From NCBI GenBank assembly GCA_002840715.1, contig PHBW01000013.1, positions 203,445-235,444 on the forward strand: DNA of 32,000 nucleotides, in the 5' to 3' direction. Of the stretch, positions 1-8,199 are shown piece after piece. This stretch comes from Chloroflexi bacterium HGW-Chloroflexi-4. Its GTDB lineage: Bacteria > Chloroflexota > Anaerolineae > Anaerolineales > Anaerolineaceae. A program made the position numbers and the translations under genes. Each line of letters starts with the position of its first letter. The stretch's first letter is position 1. A model generated the notes under the pieces. It was not told the DNA's origin. It was given only the letters and a program-made list of their open reading frames with translations, and did no database searches.

Positions 1-2
1 TT

Positions 3-170
3 GGCGGCGCCGTTTCGGCGGAACACGGCATCGGCAAAATCAAAAGTCATTTCTTGCCTCTCATGTTCACCCCTGCCCAAATTCAGCAAATGCGCAGTGT
101 CAAACAAGCCCTCGACCCTCAGGGATTGCTGAACCCCAATGACATCTTCTCCGCAGAGGTGTACCCATGA
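3..170 (+). CDS. FAD-linked oxidase, GlcD / D-lactate dehydrogenase family (C-terminal 55 aa only; 5' end outside window)
   Basis: Frame 3 reads GGAVSAEHGIGKIKSHFLPLMFTPAQIQQMRSVKQALDPQGLLNPNDIFSAEVYP*. This matches the conserved C-terminal SAEHGIG...K.A.DP.G.LNP block of FAD-linked oxidases. Its TGA overlaps the etfB ATG (ATGA at 167-170). Confidence 0.75.
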   Translation, partial: GGAVSAEHGIGKIKSHFLPLMFTPAQIQQMRSVKQALDPQGLLNPNDIFSAEVYP

Positions 171-967
171 AAATAGTTGTCTGCATCAAACAGGTTCCAG
201 AAGTCACCAATGTGCAGGTGGACCCCGAAACTGGCACTCTGATTCGTGAAGGTGTGAAATCCATCCTTAATCCGTTCTGCGAATATGCGCTGGATCATGC
301 CGTGCGTCTCAAGCAGGAATTTGAAGATGTCTCAATATCAGTCATCACCATGGGGCCGCCACAGGCAAAAGATGCACTGCTGCGCTGCCTCGAGCTTGGT
401 GCGGATGATGGCATTCTGGTCACAGACCGCAAATTCGCCGGCGCGGATTCATGGGTGACCGCGCTCACCCTGGCCGAAGCCATCCGATTCACCGTGCCTG
501 ATTACGATCTGATTCTGGTAGGCAAACAAGCCATTGACGGCGATACCGCCCAGGTGGGGCCAGAAATCGCAGAAATCCTTTCGCTGCCCCAGATCACATA
601 CGGCATCGAGGTCGGATTGAGCAGTTCAAAGAAACAGGTCAGAGTGAAACAGGAAGTCGAACGCGGATACGAAGTGGTTAAAGCCACCTTGCCTGCCCTT
701 GTCACTTGCAGCAAGGGTGAAGTGGTTCGGCGTGCGCCTTCCTTTGAAGAGGTGCTCACCGCCCGCAAGAAACCCATCCGCAGCGTCACCGCGGATGACC
801 TGGGCATCCCCGTTGAAGAATTAGGGCTAAAAGGATCGTTCACCCAGGTGGTGAAGGTCTTCCCCCCTCCCGAGAAGAAATGCGGAAAGCTGCTGCAAAA
901 CCTTGAACCAGACCAGGCAGCAGTTGAGATTTTCAACTATCTCAAAGACAAACGTTTTATAGAATGA
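167..967 (+). CDS. etfB: Electron transfer flavoprotein beta subunit (bifurcating-type signature)
   Basis: 266-aa ORF. MKIVVCIKQVPE at the N-terminus and LILVGKQAIDGDTAQVGPEIAEIL are ETF-beta hallmarks. I associate the DGDTAQVGP form with FAD-binding (bifurcating) EtfB rather than AMP-binding mitochondrial-type ETF. Translationally coupled to the upstream oxidase gene. Confidence 0.9.
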   Translation: MKIVVCIKQVPEVTNVQVDPETGTLIREGVKSILNPFCEYALDHAVRLKQEFEDVSISVITMGPPQAKDALLRCLELGADDGILVTDRKFAGADSWVTALTLAEAIRFTVPDYDLILVGKQAIDGDTAQVGPEIAEILSLPQITYGIEVGLSSSKKQVRVKQEVERGYEVVKATLPALVTCSKGEVVRRAPSFEEVLTARKKPIRSVTADDLGIPVEELGLKGSFTQVVKVFPPPEKKCGKLLQNLEPDQAAVEIFNYLKDKRFIE

Positions 968-992
968 TTGGCCGAAAAGGAAGAGACGACTG

Positions 993-2186
993 ATGTTAAT
1001 CATTGATCATGAACGCTGCACATTGTGTAAACTTTGCATCCGTAGCTGCCCTTTTGGCGCATTTTTCGTTGAAGAAGATCTGCTCAAGGTGAATGAAAGC
1101 TGCACCCTGTGCGGCACCTGCACAAACGTTTGCCGATTCAACGCATTAACCATAGAAAGAAAATTAGCCTCCAGCGAAGAACTAGCCAAGTATAAGGGCG
1201 TCATGGTCTGGATCGAACTGGACGATGCCGCAGCACTCCCTAAAACCAAAAAAGTATCTCTCGAGTTGCTCGGCAAAGGAAGGCAGCTCGCTGATGACCT
1301 GGGCGAAGAACTTATCGCCGTGGTGCTGACAGATTCAGAAGAGGTTGACTTGCCATCACTTGGTTACTTCGGTGCGGATCGTGTCATCCTGTGCCGTCAT
1401 GATCTGCTCAGGACCTATTCCACCGATGGATTCACAAGCGTGTTGTGTGCAGTTATCTCATCCAATAAACCGGCAGTCGTGCTCTACGGCGCCACCCCGC
1501 ACGGACGTGATCTCGCCCCGCGCGTGGCCGCCCGCCTCAAACTTGGTCTGACAGCCGATTGCACCGCACTCGAAATCGATGATCAAAGGCAACTGGTTCA
1601 AACCCGCCCGGCTTTCGGCGGCAACATCATGGCTTCCATTATTACACCCTATAACCGACCACAAACTTCCACCGTGCGCCCCAACGTCTTCCCCATTCCA
1701 TTGAGAAATGAAAATCATCAAGCTGTGATTGAGATCTTCAGCGTAACCTTAAACAAAGCCGCCATTCGCACCAGGGTGGTTGAAAAGAATTATATTGAAG
1801 AGGGCTGTGAAGAAAGCATTGAAAATGCCCGTGTGTTGGTCGCAGCCGGCAGGGGCTGCCAGAAAGCCTCAAACCTTGAACTCTTGCGCACACTCGCCTG
1901 TCAGTTGGGCGGCGGATTGGCCGGTTCACGTGCCGTTGTCGAACAGGGCTGGATTCCACACACGCAACAGGTGGGGCAATCAGGCACCACCGTAGGCCCT
2001 GACCTCTATATCGCCGCCGGTATCAGCGGCGCCATTCAGCACCAGGTAGGCATGAGCTCCTCAAAGACTATCATTGCCATCAACAAAGACCCTGAAGCAG
2101 CGATTTTCAAGTTGGCGGATCTGGGCGTGGTGGGTGATGCGATTGAAATACTGCCTAGATTATCGAAACTAATTGATAATCAATGA
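993..2186 (+). CDS. etfA: Electron transfer flavoprotein alpha subunit with N-terminal 2x[4Fe-4S]-type ferredoxin domain
   Basis: 397-aa ORF. Cys clusters CTLCKLCIRSCP and CTLCGTCTNVC lie in the first ~50 aa. They are followed by an ETF-alpha core and the C-terminal FAD block GQSGTTVGPDLYIAAGISGAIQHQVGM. A purine-rich RBS (AAGGAAGAG) lies upstream. Confidence 0.9.
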   Translation: MLIIDHERCTLCKLCIRSCPFGAFFVEEDLLKVNESCTLCGTCTNVCRFNALTIERKLASSEELAKYKGVMVWIELDDAAALPKTKKVSLELLGKGRQLADDLGEELIAVVLTDSEEVDLPSLGYFGADRVILCRHDLLRTYSTDGFTSVLCAVISSNKPAVVLYGATPHGRDLAPRVAARLKLGLTADCTALEIDDQRQLVQTRPAFGGNIMASIITPYNRPQTSTVRPNVFPIPLRNENHQAVIEIFSVTLNKAAIRTRVVEKNYIEEGCEESIENARVLVAAGRGCQKASNLELLRTLACQLGGGLAGSRAVVEQGWIPHTQQVGQSGTTVGPDLYIAAGISGAIQHQVGMSSSKTIIAINKDPEAAIFKLADLGVVGDAIEILPRLSKLIDNQ

Positions 2187-2188
2187 AC

Positions 2189-2222
2189 AATAAGGGATGA
2201 TTAAACAAAATCATCCCTTATT
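2189..2222. terminator. Hairpin between convergent etfA and protease genes
   Basis: aataagggatgat (2189-2201) pairs perfectly with atcatcccttatt (2210-2222) around an 8-nt loop. The flanks are T/A-rich, but the T-tract is weak. Confidence 0.6.
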
Positions 2223-2311
2223 GCTTTAAATTTCTTTACTAGATATATATTTCCAGATCTCTTTGTGCTTGCTTTCAAAGAAACAAAAAACTGTCTTTGC
2301 GTCGTACTTCG

Positions 2312-5300
2312 CTAGTAACCTTTCGGCGCGGTAAATTTTATAGCACTTGAATATGGACTGCAACGGTTATCAACACAAGATTGCACGAAATAATAGTATG
2401 TTTTTGAATACGCCACGGTATCAATGAGACTATTGGTTATTGGTAATCCTACAATAACTTTTGATCCACGCGATGATGTTGACCGAGATAATATGTATGA
2501 TGTTGCACCATCTTGGATTGGCCAGGTTACAGCAGCATAAGTCATACCGGGCTCCACCGACAACAAATCAGTAGTTGCATTCACAGTCAATCCAGATAGT
2601 TTTGCAAGTCCCTTCCATCCTGTATCTGTTCCATATAAGGCACCACAATTTCCATTGTTACAGGCAGTCACCCAGTAATAGTAAATGTATCCCGCTGCAA
2701 TTCCAGCATCGCTAAAACTTGTTTTCGAAGTAGAACCGATAATAACCTTTTCATCGTCAATCGAAGAAGCACGATAAACATTATATTGCGTAGCATTCCT
2801 CACTTTTGGCCAACTGAGTTGAACATAATTTGTATACTTGCCATCACTAGCAGTCATTGTTGCAGGTGATGTCAATAATCTGAAACCAGGTTCCGAAGTA
2901 CTGTAATTGCTGCAATTCTTGTCAACACAACTCGATACCCAATAATAATAAATTGGACCGGCTGCAGCCCCATAATCAATGTAACTTGTATTACTTGTTG
3001 TGTTTATGAGGGATTTTTTTCCTGTCAAACTTGTGGATCTATACACTTTATAGTATGAAGCATCAGTTGCAACATCCCAGATCAAATCAATTGATGACGT
3101 CGAAGTACCATCACTGGCTATCAAATTTACAGGAACACTAAGACTTCTCCAGCCAGTTGTTGCGGAACTGAAAATTGAACAATTCTGTTCAACACAAGCT
3201 TTGAGCCAATAGGTATAGGTTACACCAGGTAAAGCAGAATTATCTTCATAACTCAAACTTTCTTCTACAGTTCCAATTAACTCTTTTGTACCGCTTGTAC
3301 CGATTGCGCGATATACCTCATAATTTGATGCGCCAAAGACTGGCGGCCATGAAACCAAGATCATATCCAAAGAGGAATTATCGGTTGCATTCAATTTGCC
3401 TGGTTTTGATAACCCCTTCCAACCTACCGTCGTTTTTCCATCCAAAGAACTACAAATAGAGTTCCGACAAGCTCTAACCCAATAATAATAGTTCTTGCCG
3501 GGAAGCCCCGTTTTATCTTTGTATGATGTTGGAATACTGGATCTGGTCTTTGTGATTATCGCTAGGGCAGAATTAGATAACGGATTGACATCAATACTTT
3601 CGGTGCGATAGATTTCATAGTAGACGGTATTTGAGATGGATGTCCAACTCAGAATGACTGCATCCAACGCCGATCCGAGACTTGCCGTGACCGTTGGTGA
3701 TTCAAGAATTCTAAAACCTGAATCAGAATTACTGAGATCGCTGCAGACTTCTCCTGAACATGCAGCCACCCAATAGACAAACATATCACCACTTGTTGCC
3801 CTTGAATCCAAATATGTATTCTCTGAAACCATTCCCAGAAGTATTTTTGTACCAGTTAATGATGTTGCTCTGTAAATCTGGTAATTATCAACACCCGGCA
3901 CGGTATCCCAATTAAGATCAATTCCTGCTGATGACGTGCCATCTGTTGCTGAGAAGTTCGATGGAGTTGGAATCTTCATCGTAACTTTCAAATTTAATCG
4001 AGCGCTGCCAATCAGACTATATGAGGCTACTTCAACATAATAGGTTTGATCACGAACCACTGCTAAATTGTTAATTTTGGAAGCAACAGAAGATGGGTAT
4101 GAGTAATCATCGTTACATGCTAGAGAGGTCAAACTACCTCTGGCCCCAGTCCAAACTCCCAACACGGTATCATAATTCGAATCTGTCGTGTCAATATTTA
4201 ACAGACCATCAAATAAGGGTTGATAAATAAACCAGACTGTTTTATATCCCATTCCGTTTGTGCAAGAAAAAATGGGGTCATCATAAGCTCTTGAAGCATT
4301 ACTGACATCAACAGTGGTTGTAAAGGAAAGCGAAGATGGCAAAATTATTTGTAGTGGAGTATCAATGTTGTCATTCGCGACCGGGACAGCAGTGGCCGTC
4401 GGCGTCGGTGTGGCAGTTTGAGTAGCCGTATTGGATGGCGTTGGAGTTATGGTAATTGTTGGCGACGGACCACTGGTCGGAGTATTCGTTATACTGGGTG
4501 TTACTGTTGCACTTGTGGTTGGTGTGGCAATATTTTCAGGCGCATATACAACATAATTCGCTGCATATCCGACATTCGAGATTCCCCACCTTATCCTCAT
4601 ATATCCGCTTTCGCCCCAACCTGTTCCCCACGAGTTACGCAAGACCCATGATTGAGTAGCATCATCCCAACCGGTTAAGAGGATTGCGTGATTAATTCCA
4701 CCATTGCAAGAACTTTTTTCATCTGTCGTAAAAACTCCACTTCTATAAGATGAAAAACCGGGTCCAACACATATTGCTGCTGCAACCGGTCCATAAGTTG
4801 AAATCACTGTTTTTATCTGATCGACAGATGGAATTGCCCAATCACCAGCAATTGAAAACCAGTTTGCCAATTTATACGGATGGTTGTAAGGTACTGAACA
4901 TGAACCATTGCTCGCTGTATATGGAAAAGCACTTTCTAGAACCGCCCCAGCTTGGGTTTGCGGATTGATGAATTTATTAAAGTGATAATTATTGGCAAAC
5001 CAACCACCATTGCAAGAATACCCATCATTATTACAACTAACCAGATATTGTTCGGATAAGTCCACATTTCCGCCACCTTGAATCTTAATTGCAGACTCAA
5101 AAACACCAACGGTAGCAAATGCCCAGCAACTTCCACAAGAACCCTGATTTCTTACCGGCGTTAGCCAGTTTGTACTATCTTCACTTCTCCAATCAAAAGT
5201 GGGTGGCAAAGTGCCCATTGATTGAGTATCTGGTGGAACAACCTCAAGGCCACTTCCGGTCGTTGATGTTGATTGAGAAGAATCAACAGGTTCAGTAAAA

Positions 5301-6328
5301 TCTAGAACCTCACTTGTCAAATTAGAACCAGCATTAATAGTGATATGTGTTGTTGCAGATTGCGACAACCAAGGTCTTCCATAAAAGAGCGAGATTGTCG
5401 TGGGTCCGTTGTTCAAACCTAAGAATTGTATGGTCTGCACACTTGGGGCGCCAACCAAATTGTACTTTTGATCAAATTCAGTTGTCGTCAGAAGTTGAAG
5501 TTTTGACGCATCATAGTTTTCTACGTCCCATATAAAACCAGTTGAGGGATTTGATTCCAGCAACAGTGGAAAGACTTGCCCTGCTATCACGTCTCCTGAA
5601 ATATCAAGGATAACAGCCCCACCCAACATGTCTATTTGTTCATTTAAGTCGCCAAACATAGTCTGACGAAATTGTTCCAAACCATCTTCGCCTGCCACCA
5701 TAACCTTAAAATTAACAAATCCACTAGTCTGTGACGCCATCGCGACGTCGGTAGTAATTTCTTCATCCTGAATAGTTGAATTTAATTCCGCTTCCACATT
5801 ATTGGATGTACTTGTAATTCCGCCTTCTGAACTGACTTCCTGGTTTGAAACTGGCAAAAGAATTTCAACACTCCAAGCTACTTCATCAGAACCAATTTCA
5901 GAAGTTTGTGTGCCGAATGGGTCTAAAGTTCCAGTCAATGTAGGGGTCGTAGTTAACGTTGTTGTTGAAGTAACCGTCGGTGTATCTGTATCCGTCATGG
6001 TCACCAACGGTGTTTCGGTCGTCAAATTATCAGCTGTTGCAGTTAATTCAAATCCAGAATCGATTGTTTCTGTTACAGTCATGGTCATCGTGGGTGTGAT
6101 CGATTCTCCTGATGACGTTGGTTCAATTTCATCACCTGTAATGGGTAACGCTAATGTTAAAACCGGGTATAAAGCTGGTGTCTTTTGAATGTTAGAAGAA
6201 GAAAAAAGCAATGAAGGCTGCTTGTTTGAAAATGAAAAATAAACACTAAAAACAAGGCTGATGGCCAAGGTATAAGCCGATATCAAAAGTATTATTTTTG
6301 GTGATAATTTTTTCATCGTTTCCTTCAC
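2312..6328 (-). CDS. Secreted or membrane-anchored multidomain papain-family (C1A) cysteine peptidase: signal anchor, Thr-rich region, chagasin-like I42 domain, C1A catalytic domain, Thr/Pro linker, PPC-like domain, six FN3-like repeats
   Basis: 1338-aa ORF with an N-terminal hydrophobic segment (aa ~10-33). C1A motifs are NQGSCGSCWAF (Q395, C401), NHAILLTGW (H547) and LRNSWGTGWGESGYMRI (N565). The chagasin triad is NPSTGFIW, LVGAPS and YGRPW. The RBS GAAGGA lies upstream. Confidence 0.88.
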   Translation of the reverse strand: MKETMKKLSPKIILLISAYTLAISLVFSVYFSFSNKQPSLLFSSSNIQKTPALYPVLTLALPITGDEIEPTSSGESITPTMTMTVTETIDSGFELTATADNLTTETPLVTMTDTDTPTVTSTTTLTTTPTLTGTLDPFGTQTSEIGSDEVAWSVEILLPVSNQEVSSEGGITSTSNNVEAELNSTIQDEEITTDVAMASQTSGFVNFKVMVAGEDGLEQFRQTMFGDLNEQIDMLGGAVILDISGDVIAGQVFPLLLESNPSTGFIWDVENYDASKLQLLTTTEFDQKYNLVGAPSVQTIQFLGLNNGPTTISLFYGRPWLSQSATTHITINAGSNLTSEVLDFTEPVDSSQSTSTTGSGLEVVPPDTQSMGTLPPTFDWRSEDSTNWLTPVRNQGSCGSCWAFATVGVFESAIKIQGGGNVDLSEQYLVSCNNDGYSCNGGWFANNYHFNKFINPQTQAGAVLESAFPYTASNGSCSVPYNHPYKLANWFSIAGDWAIPSVDQIKTVISTYGPVAAAICVGPGFSSYRSGVFTTDEKSSCNGGINHAILLTGWDDATQSWVLRNSWGTGWGESGYMRIRWGISNVGYAANYVVYAPENIATPTTSATVTPSITNTPTSGPSPTITITPTPSNTATQTATPTPTATAVPVANDNIDTPLQIILPSSLSFTTTVDVSNASRAYDDPIFSCTNGMGYKTVWFIYQPLFDGLLNIDTTDSNYDTVLGVWTGARGSLTSLACNDDYSYPSSVASKINNLAVVRDQTYYVEVASYSLIGSARLNLKVTMKIPTPSNFSATDGTSSAGIDLNWDTVPGVDNYQIYRATSLTGTKILLGMVSENTYLDSRATSGDMFVYWVAACSGEVCSDLSNSDSGFRILESPTVTASLGSALDAVILSWTSISNTVYYEIYRTESIDVNPLSNSALAIITKTRSSIPTSYKDKTGLPGKNYYYWVRACRNSICSSLDGKTTVGWKGLSKPGKLNATDNSSLDMILVSWPPVFGASNYEVYRAIGTSGTKELIGTVEESLSYEDNSALPGVTYTYWLKACVEQNCSIFSSATTGWRSLSVPVNLIASDGTSTSSIDLIWDVATDASYYKVYRSTSLTGKKSLINTTSNTSYIDYGAAAGPIYYYWVSSCVDKNCSNYSTSEPGFRLLTSPATMTASDGKYTNYVQLSWPKVRNATQYNVYRASSIDDEKVIIGSTSKTSFSDAGIAAGYIYYYWVTACNNGNCGALYGTDTGWKGLAKLSGLTVNATTDLLSVEPGMTYAAVTWPIQDGATSYILSRSTSSRGSKVIVGLPITNSLIDTVAYSKTYYYFVQSCVDNRCSPYSSAIKFTAPKGY
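2315..3973 (-). other. Six tandem ~90-aa FN3-like protein repeats, each with a conserved Cys pair, aa ~786-1338
   Basis: Recurrent pattern: W..V.GA..Y.(V/I)YR ... G..YYYWV.AC....CS....... G(W/F)(K/R). It is seen at YQIYR, YEIYR, YEVYR, YKVYR, YNVYR and YILSR. The repeats are divergent at DNA level. Confidence 0.7.
3980..4366 (-). other. PPC-like (pre-peptidase C-terminal type) beta-sandwich domain, aa ~655-783
   Basis: The pattern ...YKTVWFIYQP...DTTDSNYDTVLGVWTG...LACNDD...QTYYVEVASY resembles the SVWY..F.P / YDTVL.VY / CNDD / TYYI.V layout of PPC-type domains. Confidence 0.55.
4385..4528 (-). other. Thr/Pro/Ser-rich low-complexity linker, aa ~601-648
   Basis: Translation reads ATPTTSATVTPSITNTPTSGPSPTITITPTPSNTATQTATPTPTATAV. 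Confidence 0.9.
4538..5206 (-). other. Segment encoding the papain-like C1A catalytic domain, aa ~375-597
   Basis: The catalytic Cys codon TGC at 5126-5128 sits within SCGSCW, checked on the DNA. The His and Asn motifs lie downstream. Confidence 0.88.
5363..5623 (-). other. Segment encoding the chagasin-like (peptidase inhibitor I42) domain, aa ~236-322 (approximate bounds)
   Basis: All three I42 signature loops occur in order: NPSTG (nt 5537-5551), VGAPS, and RPW (nt 5369-5377, checked on the DNA as AGA CCT TGG). Confidence 0.75.
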
Positions 6329-6555
6329 TCTAGACTACTAATAAAGTTCTATCTATTTTTATTATAGTAATTATCGGCAGTTCTATCCTTACAACTAGTT
6401 AATAAAAATAATATTTTTGTAAACTTAAAGTTTAAGTAAATTGATGAAAAATAACTAAAAAGATTGAGATTAAACTATGGTTAGTAATGAATCACTTTAT
6501 TTGATTTGACCGTTATAATAAGCCTGTACATCAAACTCCAGTAGAGGCTATGTTA

Positions 6556-8115
6556 ATGTCAGAGTCAACCCCGTCAGAAGCAAATTCCACAAAAACAGTG
6601 CTTTTCTTAAACCCTGCCAAGGGGCTTGTTACTTTTCTAGTGGTTGTTTTGCTCTTATTAGGTTTTGCGGTAAGGTTTATAGATTTCACCGACCTGCCAC
6701 TTGATTTTGCCGCAACCCGCCAACTGCACTCGCTTATCATGGCCAGAGGCATCTACTACCAGATGGATAGCCCGGATACGCTTTCAATGCCGCAAGATAA
6801 ACGTGCATACGGCATTAACACCGGCAACGCCGAAACAAGAATTGAACCCCCCATCATGGAGTATCTTTCAGCAATTACCTATCGTTTGATTGGGAAAGAA
6901 AACATTCTGGTGCCGCGGCTGTATTCGATGCTCTTCTGGGTGCTTGGCGGGATCCCCCTGTTTCTGTTAGCTCGCAAACTTATTAATATCAACGGTGCTT
7001 TGGCATCACTTGCCGCTTATCTTTTTATTCCGTTTGGGGTTTTTGCCAGCCGAAGTTTTCAACCTGATCCATTGATGGTCTTGTGCATTATCTGGGCTTT
7101 ATATTTTCAAATAAGCTGGTCCAAAAGTTCAACCCTCAAAAACGCAATTTTAGCCGGACTTTTTACCGGCATCGCACTTTTCGTGAAAGCGCCATCTGCA
7201 TTTTTTGTGGGTCTTCCTTTTGTTGGTTTGGTTCTTTCAAAAGGGTTCAAAACCTGGATTAAAAATCCGCAAATCTATATCATGGCTGCACTGGCCTTGC
7301 TTCCTGCAATACTTTTTAATGCTTTAAGTGCCACAGTTGGTGGCAATGCTGGTTCCATATTTGGCGCCAGGTTTTTCCCGGATTTATTTATTGACCCGAA
7401 TTGGTATTCCGATTGGCTGCAAACTGCCAAATCCGTCACAGGGTATTTTCCATTGATTCTTGGTGTGCTGGCTATCTTTTTGATTAGGGTGAAAAAGGAT
7501 CGGATTTTCTTTATATGTCTCTGGTTGGGATATGTGCTTTACGGCTTTACATTTGCTTACCACATTTACACGCATAATTATTACCACCTCCCGTTAATTC
7601 CTATCATCGCGTTGGGATTCGGTTACTTTTTTGCAGTCATTTTTGAAAAACTTGAAGGAATAAATACCCAATGGATTTCACGCACTTTCATTGTGTCAGT
7701 CTTTTTAGTTTCACTTGGCATCTGCGTTCAAGTCACCCGTGGAACCTTGATCACTAAAGAATATCGTCATGAAGCCAAATATTGGTCTGACCTTGGTGAA
7801 AAAATTGGTGGCAACGCTTCTGTAATCGCCCTGACCCATGACAATGGTTATCGTATTAGTTATTGGGGATTTGTGAGTCCGAGTCTTTGGCCGACTGCCG
7901 GAGATAGAACTATAAAATCTTTGGTTGGCGCTACAGATCCAGAATTTGTTCAATTATTCAAAGAATTAGCTTCAGGCAAAGACTACTTTTTGGTAACCCT
8001 GGTTGGTGAGTTCGAAGCACAACCTGATCTTCACGATTACTTATTTGCCACTTATCCGTACCACCAAGGGGATGGTTATTACCTTTTTGACCTTCGCCAA
8101 AAACTTTCACAATAG
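6556..8115 (+). CDS. Polytopic membrane glycosyltransferase, GT-C fold (family 39/83-like, ArnT / PMT_2 type)
   Basis: About 11-13 hydrophobic helices precede a soluble ~120-aa C-terminal domain. The layout and N-terminal loop resemble ArnT/PMT-type enzymes. The start is placed at the second in-frame ATG (6556, AGAGG 8 nt upstream); the ORF track starts at 6550. The family call rests on architecture, not on a strict catalytic motif. Confidence 0.6.
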   Translation: MSESTPSEANSTKTVLFLNPAKGLVTFLVVVLLLLGFAVRFIDFTDLPLDFAATRQLHSLIMARGIYYQMDSPDTLSMPQDKRAYGINTGNAETRIEPPIMEYLSAITYRLIGKENILVPRLYSMLFWVLGGIPLFLLARKLININGALASLAAYLFIPFGVFASRSFQPDPLMVLCIIWALYFQISWSKSSTLKNAILAGLFTGIALFVKAPSAFFVGLPFVGLVLSKGFKTWIKNPQIYIMAALALLPAILFNALSATVGGNAGSIFGARFFPDLFIDPNWYSDWLQTAKSVTGYFPLILGVLAIFLIRVKKDRIFFICLWLGYVLYGFTFAYHIYTHNYYHLPLIPIIALGFGYFFAVIFEKLEGINTQWISRTFIVSVFLVSLGICVQVTRGTLITKEYRHEAKYWSDLGEKIGGNASVIALTHDNGYRISYWGFVSPSLWPTAGDRTIKSLVGATDPEFVQLFKELASGKDYFLVTLVGEFEAQPDLHDYLFATYPYHQGDGYYLFDLRQKLSQ

Positions 8116-8164
8116 ATAGTGCTCTTCAGTATGTAAACTGCGACAAAATATGACTAATATTAGA

Positions 8165-8197
8165 AACAAAGTTGGTGACATAATCACCAACTTTGTT
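8165..8197. terminator. Bidirectional hairpin between convergent GT-C and EamA genes
   Basis: aacaaagttggtga (8165-8178) pairs perfectly with tcaccaactttgtt (8184-8197) around a 5-nt loop. The flanks are A/T-rich. Confidence 0.7.
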
Positions 8198-8199
8198 AT

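Noticed and set aside
502-936. 144-aa minus-strand ORF (and 295-492) inside etfB
   Set aside because: It is antisense to a strongly supported ETF-beta gene and Arg/Ser-rich with no motifs. This is a typical shadow ORF in GC-richer coding sequence.
2315-3973. Possible DNA tandem repeat or recent duplication array in the protease 3' half
   Set aside because: The six units are conserved only at the protein-motif level, and the nucleotide sequences are divergent. These are ancient domain repeats and not a DNA repeat or variable cassette. No reverse transcriptase or template repeat is nearby.
5802-6188. 128-aa plus-strand ORF opposite the Thr-rich N-terminal region of the protease
   Set aside because: It is a Val/Ser/Gly-rich low-complexity reading of the reverse complement of ACN/ACC Thr codons. 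It has no RBS and no start context.
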